This document shows, piece after piece, positions 50,001-59,600 of a stretch of 64,000 nt of DNA. The translations under genes and the position numbers were made by a program. Location of the stretch: the NCBI GenBank assembly GCA_964252035.1, contig OZ176200.1, one strand, 5' to 3'. Within the stretch, counting starts at the first letter, position 1. The number at the start of each line of letters is the position of its first letter. Origin of the DNA: Podarcis erhardii (Eukaryota). Below the pieces are notes generated by a model, which ran no database searches, had not been told where the DNA came from, and saw nothing but the letters and a program-made list of their open reading frames with translations.

Positions 50001-50109
50001 CATTTCTCCCAGGTTTCCATTATTTGTGAACGTCTACCTGATCTGCTATGAAGGGAAGTCTATCAAAGAGTTCATCACTTGTTTGCAAAGTCATCCGGAA
50101 CACATGTAA
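37724..50109 (+). CDS. GPD1L2: Cytosolic NAD-dependent glycerol-3-phosphate dehydrogenase, complete, 349 aa; GPD1/GPD1L family, probably the GPD1L2-type third paralogue. Exons 37724-37764, 43987-44164, 45281-45421, 46191-46329, 46962-47074, 48265-48498, 49240-49346, 50013-50109
   Basis: Exons of 41+178+141+139+113+234+107+97 = 1050 nt give an uninterrupted [18 protein letters not shown]...CLQSHPEHM*. The GxGxxG motif and F41, F97, K120, K204, D260, R269, N270, K296 and Q298 sit at the human GPD1 positions. The family call is near certain. The paralogue symbol is inferred from synteny and is less sure (it could be annotated GPD1L-like). Confidence 0.93.
39258..39623. mobile_element. Family D MITE in opposite orientation, GPD-gene intron 1
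   Basis: TA|CCGTATTTTTCGC ... GCAAAAAATACGG|TA; its right end is the reverse complement of the left end of the 3297 copy. Confidence 0.86.
42458..42863. mobile_element. GC-rich hAT-type nonautonomous element with nested inverted repeats
   Basis: Degenerate TIRs CAGTGGCGGC / GCAATGCCTCTG; 8-bp TSD GGGAACAG / GGGGACAG (7 of 8 match). Confidence 0.7.
43030..43440 (-). mobile_element. L2-like LINE 3' relic
   Basis: Similarity to squamate L2 3' ends (gaaaaggcc..tgccacc on the plus strand); boundaries approximate. Confidence 0.5.
43987..44164 (+). CDS. GPD1-family exon 2 (GSAIAKIIG...HKLPPNV)
   Basis: tttttttaaag|G GGA AGT ... GTG|gtaagt; 178 nt. Confidence 0.95.
45281..45421 (+). CDS. GPD1-family exon 3 (VAVADP...GISLIK)
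   Basis: tttcag|GTT ... AAG|gtagtt; 141 nt. Confidence 0.95.
46191..46329 (+). CDS. GPD1-family exon 4 ([18 protein letters not shown]...FCETTI)
   Basis: aacag|GGC ... ATT G|gtaatt; 139 nt. Confidence 0.95.
46962..47074 (+). CDS. GPD1-family exon 5 (CKNPESG...VELCGALK)
   Basis: catag|GT TGC ... AAA|gtgagt; 113 nt; ends at catalytic K204. Confidence 0.95.
48265..48498 (+). CDS. GPD1-family exon 6 ([12 protein letters not shown]...[17 protein letters not shown])
   Basis: tttag|AAT ... AAA|gtaagt; 234 nt. Confidence 0.95.
49240..49346 (+). CDS. GPD1-family exon 7 ([18 protein letters not shown]...MVD)
   Basis: tccag|ACA ... GAC AA|gtacgt; 107 nt. Confidence 0.95.
50013..50109 (+). CDS. GPD1-family exon 8, coding part (FPLFVNV...HPEHM*)
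   Basis: cccag|G TTT CCA ... CAC ATG TAA. Confidence 0.95.
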
Positions 50110-50164
50110 GATAGTGTTGTGACTTGCCTCTCTGCATGAGGATTCTGTCAGTTTGACCATGCTG

Positions 50165-50170
50165 AATAAA
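50165..50170 (+). terminator. Candidate proximal polyadenylation signal (AATAAA) of the GPD1-family gene
   Basis: AATAAA 56 nt after the stop codon; usage is unverified and more distal AATAAA sites exist. Confidence 0.4.
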
Positions 50171-52198
50171 AGCAAGCAAAACGATATCATCTGTACTACG
50201 TGTTCATTGTCACAGGCTATACAGAAAAACAATTTCCACAGAAAGTGAAGTCCGCTAGATACTACATCTCAGTATAAACTTCAGAAGCCAGGGAAGTGGA
50301 GGATATTACATAGGGCTCGTAAGTTGAAAATGAGGGTGTAATCTCAAAGTCACTCATGAGAATTTGGACATGGAACAGAAGAGTGTGTTCTTGTTCAGGT
50401 GCGCTTGTTGAGCCTTTTGTTAAAGACCTCCAGTGAAAGAGTGAAGAACCTCCTGAGGCAGTGTCTTTAATTTCTGAAGCTTTCTTTCCCCTGAGTGACA
50501 CGTTTCAACTTGGATCTACTGAAGCCAAAAAAGCCTGGCTCGGTAGTGGAAATCAACTTGTGAAATTGAATGGGGTAGAACTTGGCAGGGAGGTTACTGT
50601 CAAGTCAAAACGCTCTAGGTATCGTATGATGTTTTGCCAGTCTCCGCTTCCCTTCAATGTCTCCACATCTTGTCCCATGCTTTCCTGCCCACTGCCTGCC
50701 TTGTTCTTTGTTGGCCTCCTTGGATTCCTGTCTTTCCCCTGATTCCAGCAGGGATGGGGGAGATCTGCCCCACCAGCTCCACTTCCTCTGCCCTGTTCTT
50801 CAAATCCTACTTCACCTCTGCCCACCCTCATCTTAGATTTCTCTTTCTCAGTCCACTGCTGACTCTCAGCTCTTCTTTCAGCTGCATACCTATTGGTAGC
50901 TTCCCCACAAAGCTATGCCATCAGTGACAAACTGCTTTCCCTCACAGTCCTGAGGGAAAATTTGTAAGCTCATGGAGGAAAATGCAGTTATATGGAGCTT
51001 AAACACACATAAAAGCTAGGTCAAATTCCCCTGAGGCATTTAATATCTTTTGTTTACAATTTCATTTATGAATGAAATAATTCCCATGAGGTATCCCAAA
51101 GTGATATCAAAACAAAGTAGAACAGTACTGAAAAGTTTAAAATAATGACATAATTCAGTTTTTTCGGAGCAGTTGCAATGTATTCTACATTTCTCGCTAC
51201 AGAACTCAATTTCTTTCTAGAAAGTGTGTGTTTTCTGTAAACAAAAAGGACCAAAGATTTTTTTTTTAAGACAAGGTTCTTTAATTTGACACTAATGCTC
51301 AAAGTGCTTATGCTAAAAGAATCTTCCACATATTTTAAAAATAAATCAATTGCACATATAAACACCATACATAATCCAGCCTGAAGTCCACTCATGACAA
51401 GTGGAAAAGAATAGTTCTGCATAAATAGTATGTTGTATCAATCGGCAAAGTACAATTTACATGTAAAAATCTATGTTGACATTTTGTACTACGGAGTGAC
51501 AGACTGCACATATATACGGACTCTAACTGTATTACTGTTCTGAGTCATGATCCTGGTTCTCAAGAGATGTGCATCCACAGACAGTTCTCTACTGCTCATC
51601 CACAGCTTATACTGGATTTTAAACTACCCAGCTATAAACTGTATAACATTCATAGAAATTAATTCAGATAAGCATAGCGTCTGCTTTGGCCCACATATGC
51701 AGAGATAGGTAAGATTCCCCCCCCCCACAAAAAAAAAACAATCTATACCTTATTCAAGCTACACAAAATAAAATAATAAGATAAAATGTAAGTATGCTCT
51801 CATAAAACCCTCCCACGAGTTCAAGTTGTGAACCTGAAATAGAAAACAGCTCACTGGCATGGAGAAACTTGTCTAGATAAAATTAATATTTCAAGTAGGT
51901 TTATTTTGAGCATATCTGTACAATAACTGGGACCTAACACAATGAAAACATTTAAAATGAGCAGCTTTATGTAGGAGATCGCTTTAACATTCATTTCCTT
52001 CCTCATAACCAAGATATGCAGCATTCTATAGTATCGAGTAAAACATAGGTCATGTTTCCTTATGACATTTCATCAGAATGACTGGTAGGCTAGTGAATGC
52101 CAACATGGTGAGGAGTCTTGTCAGGCTAAATACAGTAATGCGTCTATTGTTTGTGTGCTTGCCAAGAAGAAGAAGAATGGTGGCAGTGTTATTTTGTA

Positions 52199-52432
52199 CA
52201 GTCGTACCTTGGAAGTCGAATGGAATCCATTTCGGAAGCCCGTTCGACTTCCAAAGCACGGCTTCTGATTGGCTGCAGGAAGCTCCTGCAGCCAATCGGA
52301 AGCTGCAGAAGCCCCGTCAGACCTTCAGATTCTAAAGAATGTTCGCAAACAGGAGCACTCACTTCCGGGGTTGTGGCGTTCGGGAGCCAAAATGTCTGAG
52401 TACCTAGGCGTTCAGGATCCAAGGTACGACTG
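52199..52432. mobile_element. Tigger-like MITE; family C
   Basis: TIRs CAGTCGTACCTTGGA / TCCAAGGTACGACTG, TA TSD, internal hairpin GATTGGCTGCAGGA..TCCTGCAGCCAATC. Confidence 0.88.
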
Positions 52433-54241
52433 TATTTAGAAAAATTGTGGGTATTTAACTGGACACAACAGGTTTCTGTTGTGAGCCACCCTGTAATCTT
52501 CGGAGGAAGGGCGGTATACAGAATTAATTAATGATAGTAATAGTTGAAATGTAAATACAGTTTAACTCAACTGCATCTACTGATTTCTGTCCTGAGTCAG
52601 GGATGTGCTCTTATATTCTGTGTTTTGAAATAGTCTATGGCTTCCTACTGCTACTTTTGCTCTCTTTAAAAAACAAACAAACACCACCCTGACCCATTTT
52701 TGATGAAACACTCAATCTCATTCTAATAAACTTGAAATCTCAATGCATCCCCAAAGAACAAAACGTACCTGAAACAGAGAGGCAGTTTTATGAAATTATT
52801 TGTTCCAGTGTGGGAAACATTATTCTACTGCAGAATCTAATCTGAGACGAGAAGCAGTTAATACATTTTATGAATGCCTCAAGCATAGGATCAACTCCCA
52901 ATGATCCTCCCATGATGAGCTACCCTCTTGCATCTTGGAGTTGCTAACATGACACACATGCATACATACACGTGTACATACACATGTACATTGTACCATG
53001 GGAAATTATTTGGAGAGGGAAGGATTATCCTTTTTCCTCCCAGGCATGATGCTCCCTTTCCAAAAATGCCACTCCAATAGAAGGCTTTTCTTTCTGCAGA
53101 CTGCAATTGCAAATGAAGGTTGATGCCATTTTGGCTTGTAGGTGATATATAAATAGATAGCTCTTGTTTCTCCAGCTGCCCTCTACAGGAAGGTTGGTTG
53201 CTTGTTCTCCCTGTCACAATGCTTGGGTGAGGCAGGGCAGCAAACATGCTTTTTGCCAAGCCTAATTTTAGGAGGAAGGGCGAGTGTGCTGCCCATAACA
53301 GCTTCTCTGGTTGGCAAATGTGCCCAAGGACTTGTGACCCCTGCTCAGAAAAATGTCCAGAAGCAGTTGAGATATCTGCAACGGTAACAGCAGTGGTAGC
53401 AGATCTTGCTTCCTGCACATGAGATTGTTCTATAACAGTAAAATATGTTTTAGATGTGTTTACCTTTGCTAATCAACCAGAATTTGTCTAACTCATAGAG
53501 GAGAATAGACTACTTCTATTTTAACTGAGGAGCATTTCTTTAAACACAATAATCAATACCAGTCACATCGGTTAGGGCTGTGGATTATAAATTGCTACCA
53601 TGTTCTCAGATATAACTAGAATCTCATATTAAAACTGTATTTTGCTTTCACAAGATGCATAAAAGCAACTAATAGCTGCATGCAAAGGAGCTGGAAGGTA
53701 ACACAGCCAAATGCTCTCTTAAGTTTTGGGCTAACATATTTACAAACTTGCAACTTTTACGGGGACCTTTAGATATTTCTCCATTTCATTACATTCTCAG
53801 ATGGACAATGCCTAGCAGAAGAAAAACCGTTTCTCAAACAGGACAATGTTCTATTTTTATGACACAAATTCATTAACATTGGTAAAAATGCCTATACACA
53901 AAGTTAGCCAAAAAGTTGATACAGTGCAATTGTTTTGCTTCAAGACAAACAATGAGAAAAATGTTCAAGTATATAAAAGCATCCTTACAAGATGCTATTT
54001 AAGTTCTATTATTATTGCACAGATAAGAATTAGTCTTTACTCCATGTTCCATGGAGCCATTTCCTATTAGTTGAGCTATAGATCTATTTAGAGAATTCTC
54101 ATTCATATTCAAATTGGACATATTTAAAGCATTTCTTAACCCTAATATTTTATTGCTATTTCCATGCCTTCCCTCCCCCGCCCCCCGCTTATTTAAGGCT
54201 AATGTTGTGTGTAATATAAATAGTATATTTATAGTAGTGTA

Positions 54242-54527
54242 CAGTGGTGCCCCGCAAGACGAAAAACTCGCTAGACGAAAGAGTTTTCCGTCTTTTGAGG
54301 TGCTTCGCAAGACGAATTTCCCTATGGGCTTGCTTCGCAAGACGAAACGTATTGCGAGTTCTTGCAAGTTTTTTCCCTTTTTTCCCCTTTTTCTAAGCCG
54401 CTAAGCAGCTAAGCCGCTAATAGCGCTAATCCGCTAAGCCGTCAATGGGCTTGCTTCGCAAGACGAAAAAACCGCAAGACGAAGAGACTCGCGGAACGGA
54501 TTAATTTCGTCTTGCGAGGCACCACTG
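54242..54527. mobile_element. Tc1/mariner (Tigger-like) MITE, complete; family A
   Basis: TIRs CAGTGGTGCC(C/T)CGCAAGACGAA; TA on both sides; many internal GCAAGACGAA motifs. Confidence 0.9.
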
Positions 54528-55750
54528 TACACATATTCACATCATTGGAGGAAATCCCCTCTCAAATGCTTCAGTCAGCTTTCTCATGCTTCAGGTAGGA
54601 AGCAGTTTACTGACTAGCTGTATTCACACAAACCCTCTTTGTAAAAATAAGGTTTATTTTAAGAAAAGAAATCTAGCAGGCACTATTAGAGCAGGGGTGG
54701 CCAACCTTTAGCTGTATTTGGACCGTTGACCATCCAAGTTATGGTCCAACATCTGGTTAGCCACAGGTTAGCCACTCCCAATGTACTTTCTTCAAAGAGA
54801 CTGCATTTCTTGTTAATGGAAGAGTTCACCTGATTCCACTCAAGTTTCTGATCTCACTATGCTGATCAGCCTGCTACCACTGCACACTTTTTGAGAGGAC
54901 TGGAAGATTTAGGTAAACATTTGCTTCTCCTACTGCAGCACTGCTTTCAATGGATCAGAATGCTCAGCAGGACCAGGTGTGAACCCCTCCAGTCCCAAGG
55001 CAAAAACCAATTTGTGCCAGTTGCAAGAAAGGAAAGTTATCAGAACTATGATCCCTGAGGGTTTTTCAGTCTCATGGGAACAGATTCTTCATCTACAAGT
55101 TGCTCACTGACTGACTTTTAGCAATTTATTCGTGGCACAAGCAGCATACTTTAAAAAAAAAAAAAGGAAGTTTACAAGTCTTCATGTACCCAACATAATT
55201 GAGCTCAGCAATTCTTTCACCCAAGAACCAGAATAGGGCCCCTGATAATAGAAACCCACATTTTGGCCCCAAAGGTGTCAGTATGGAATCTGTAAGTATC
55301 ACAGTTTGGTGTTGTTGTTTTTTAAAGCCCCCTCAAACTTAATTCACTCTTCCTCTGGCCTACTCACCTAAGTGTGTGAACCCCCCCCCCAAGGACTGGC
55401 TGTATACCAGCATTTGAAGAAGGCCAATGCAGTGAAATGAACGAGGGCTACTCCTTTCTTCAAATTACCTTGTAAGAAACTGAACATGAGTAACCTAACC
55501 CAAAACAAGTTTACTTAGGAATGTTCAATCCTAAACATGCTTGCTAGGATGCAAATCTTCCTAGTAAGTATGCTTAGGACTGAAGGCTTAAGTCCATCGA
55601 AATTACAGCATAATACTCTAGTTTAGTGGTTGGTCTTCAACAAGTTAAGGGGAGATTAAATATTTTCATTATTTAGAATATCAAAAGTGCATGATGTGCA
55701 GCTATTGAAAAGTTCCTCCATATTCTGAGCAGCAGATACTTCAGAGAATA

Positions 55751-55992
55751 CAGTGGTACCTCAGGTTACATACGCTTCAGGTTACATACACTTCAGGTTA
55801 CAGACCCCGCTAACCCAGAAATAGTGCTTCAGGTTAAGAACTTTGCTTCAGGATGAGAACAGAAATCGTGCTCCGGCGGCGCAGCAGCAGCAGGAGGCCC
55901 CATTAGCTAAAGTGTTGCTTCAGGTTAAGAACAGTTTCAGGTTAAGAACGGACCTCTGGAATGAATTAAGTACTTAACCTGAGGTACCACTG
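55751..55992. mobile_element. Tigger-like MITE; family B
   Basis: TIRs CAGTGGTACCTCAGGTTA / TAACCTGAGGTACCACTG, TA TSD, repeated TTCAGGTTA motifs. Confidence 0.9.
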
Positions 55993-56519
55993 TATCTTCA
56001 AATCACCAGAGTGTACAAAGCAAATAACAGTTCTGGAAGCATCCTAAAGCTGTACCAAAAGGCTAATTCTTTGGATACATCTGCAAGAATCCATAAAGCC
56101 ACACTCGGCTCAAGTTATTAGCAATGATGGCGACTTATTTTCATGGCTTTTAAATTAAAGGAAACTCTGAGGTATATCTCTAAGGATGCCAAAAATTCTG
56201 CTACCAGTCTCAGAGAATTCTGCCTATCAAGAGTGCTCCAGACCAGTGGCAACATAACACTACTGGCGATTTTGTTCCCCACAATTTGTTACCAATGTAA
56301 AAACAAAACTTTAATACTGGCACTTATTGAGATGACGCTGTAAACTTCGCCTCTCTTGGGATGGAGGCTGTTTCTCCTGCACCTTCTGCCTGTGATCAGC
56401 CGGCCTTCTTGCCACAAGGCAGGTGGAGATGTGTTTGCTCTTCTGGATAGCTGCCTTTGAGAAGAACTCAAATGGAGTGTACTCTAGACGTAGTCTATGG
56501 GGTAACCTGGGAGCCCAGT

Positions 56520-56620
56520 TTAACTCCATGCACAAAGAAGAAATCCAGCCAGTAGCGGAAGCAAGTTCGCCATCAATAGCCATAGGGTTACTACCAGGCT
56601 AGGGGAACAGGAACACAAAT
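56520..56620 (-). CDS. LMLN: LMLN last coding exon (hydrophobic GPI-signal-like tail, stop TAA)
   Basis: tttag|AT TTG TGT TCC ... TGG AGT TAA. Confidence 0.95.
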
Positions 56621-59600
56621 CTAAAACAAATGTTAAAATGGTATTAGCATAGTTTAGGTACTTTTGCAGATGCTGTTCAAAATAGTCCTTGACAAACAGG
56701 AATAGAGGCAGATGCTCTTTGAGAGTCTAAACCTTAATTCATCATTTTTCCAAACTAAAGGAAGAGAAGGAGGGGGAAAGAGTTTTCCAAAGCCTAATTG
56801 AATTGTCTGTTTTCGTCCTGCTCTCCTCCTCTAAAACCACTGTAGTGTAAAAAAGTGAACTAGTTCTCCGGTTTGCTAGGAATATAATTCTGAAAATGCT
56901 ACAAAGAACATCACAGCAAAACAAAACAAGAACTCTCTATTTCACTTAATGACTTTTGAAGGGTTGCTTACCAATAGATGTGAGTCTTGTTAAATTAGCA
57001 ACTGGAGGAGGATCCTGCTCAGGTGGGCAGAAATCGCAGAAGTCTGAACACGCTGGGCAAATTAGGTTCCCAATATGTACCCATCCATTCATCTGAATAT
57101 TCACTGTTAGGATTTGACCTGAGCGACTGCACAAATATGACTCATCCTTGACCCAAACAGTCAGCCCACGGGGAGAACAAGAAACCTAAGAAATAAAATT
57201 GGACTAGCTAGATTATTGCAAGCATTTATTTAATTTTTAAACCAAGTCTTTTAAGAGACATGTTGCTTGTAGTCGAGCTGTCAAAAGGAAAAGCTAGAAC
57301 AATTTGTGTGTACCTTCACTTGTTTGCATGCAGATTTGGAAGATGACAGATTGTTGTTCAGGCCGTGTAAGAGGGTATATGCTCACTTTAGAGACTTATA
57401 CTGTTGGCATAAAACTAATGGGCATGAGGTAGGGAGATATTTTGACTTCCACATGACTATCTGGTCTAATACAATTAGATACAAATATAGAAACATGTAA
57501 TGACTAATTAAGAGCAATAATGATTTCTAAACAGCACAACTTTACAAAATGCAACCTTAAATTAAGAGCTCCTGCAGTTACCTGGTAACAGCCACTGCCC
57601 CAGTCAGGGTAACTGAGTTTCTTTCTGCATTGTTCCATAACAAAAGCTGACTTCTGAATGAGACACACAGAATTTGGTCCATATTTCTCTGCACCATAGT
57701 TTTTGAAAGGATCTAAAAAAACCAGGAAAGCACTGTTAACACATACTGTGGACTGCTAACCAGCTTCAGACTATGATTTCAGATCCTAGTTTCTGAGCCT
57801 GAAACAAACCTGGGTAGACTCAGATACAGATGCAACATGACAACCATGGGTTAAGCTAAAGAAGCTATGGGTTTCCCTTATATTGGAACCCAAAATTTCT
57901 GAAAGATATTAAAGGAAAAAATAAACACAAAACCAACTGACCTGGTTGATTTTCGAGTATTCTACAGTCTGAACTTCGCTGAAATTCACCACTTAAGTGC
58001 CAGCTAAATTCCTGACTGAATGGACAGAAGTCCGCAATTTCAACAGACCCACCATAATAAGGCAAATCTTCTGATGGTACCCCATAAAGACGGTCAAAAT
58101 ACTGCAAAAGATACAGTGACAGAGGCAGCTATGAAGGTAGAAGAAGCACAGTAATATCATCACCATCACCTGGTAGTAATAGCAAACTTTAACAACATGT
58201 TAAAGAGAACCAAAGCACAAAGCTATAGTTGCTACTGCCATTAATAATTTTTATTTTAGGACCAACAGTATTGCTAGGTACTGCACATACAAGTCTGTTA
58301 AGCACAAGAAATGCATTCTCTTTTGACTGTGTGTTGTCTGAACCCTAAACGACGGTTAATCTTAACTATGGTGAGTGGAAACAAACCAGCTGCTTAAACT
58401 ATGATTTAAAGTTGACTTGTTTCAACAAACTACAGTTTGTAAGTGATTCAACAACAAATCAAGCTGAATCTAAAATGGAAGCAAAAGCTTCCAAATTCTT
58501 CCTTGTGGTTGCACTGGAAGAGAAGGAGGAAGTGTCCAGCCCCTCTGCTTGTTCTCATGTCTGAATGAGACTGGTGGTTCATAGAACTCACATAGAGTCA
58601 CACCCTTTATACCTGATATTCCTGAGGAAGCTGCTGTGGGAATTTCTGTAAATTGCACACTGCCACTGCTCTTTGGTCCTGTCTGCAGGTTAGCTGCAAT
58701 GGATTAGTCCGCAGAGTGTCACAATATGGATCCACCAATTCTTTCCTGTGAATAAAGTTGAAAACCACAATAAGGGAACTTAAAATCTTTTTATACAACA
58801 CTTAACAAAAAAAATCACTACTAACCAGACAAACATTAATAGGCTATTGCAATGCCACTGGCATCACAGAACATGCAATCTAAAGAAACATATTCTTACC
58901 TTCTCCTCTTGTGATCAATCCAAAACTTACAGCTTTTCATCACAAAGTCACAGCCTTTATCTCGGCCCCAATCAAGCTTTTCTGCCATGTTGTAATTGGC
59001 TTTATACCAGCTGTAAACATATGTTGAAACAGAAATGCTATTATTGCACTTCTGAACAGTCAGCAAAAAGTCATTTCAAAACTCTTGCATGTGTTAATCA
59101 AGCTACCCAATATGAACCATTTCCTAATGCAGGTAGAGCAAGAAAAGGCAAATGCATTTCTACAAACAGGCACACGTATTGTCGCCTCCAAGATTGCTGC
59201 TCCTCTTTTGGCTTAAGAAATGACGCCAAAAAATGGAATTGCTCTTCTCTTTCAATGAAGGAATAAACAATGAAGGCGGGGGGGGGGGGGGGGAGAGATT
59301 TCAACAGTTAGCGCTAATGCCACTCTAAGGGAATTCAACTCTGACTAGTTATTGCCAGCCTTTTCCACCCCCCATTATCCACTTTCAACTGGAGGGAAAT
59401 GCTCAAGAATTACGATTAGTTCAGGAGTATCCTTAATTTGAGGGACGTGGGTGGCGCTTTGGGTTAAACCACAGAGCCTAGGGCTTTCTGATCAGAAGGG
59501 CAGCGGTTCGAATCCTCGCGACGGGGTGAGCGCCTGTTGCTTGGTCCCTGCTCCTGCCAACCTAGCAGTTCGAAAGCACGAAATGTAAGTAGAGAAATAG

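Noticed and set aside
50107-50139. Stop-codon readthrough of the GPD gene creating a peroxisomal PTS1, as in LDHB and MDH1
   Set aside because: The stop is TAA-G, not the leaky TGA-CTAG, and the extension DSVVTCLSA* does not end in a PTS1.
52891-53418. 175-aa minus-strand ORF between the GPD gene and LMLN
   Set aside because: No recognisable domain, it includes a (TG)-repeat-derived stretch, and no supporting exon structure.
56311-56583. 90-aa ORF as the LMLN C-terminus
   Set aside because: Wrong frame; the phase-consistent last exon 56620-56520 gives the conserved DLCSCS...LLAGFLLC tail.
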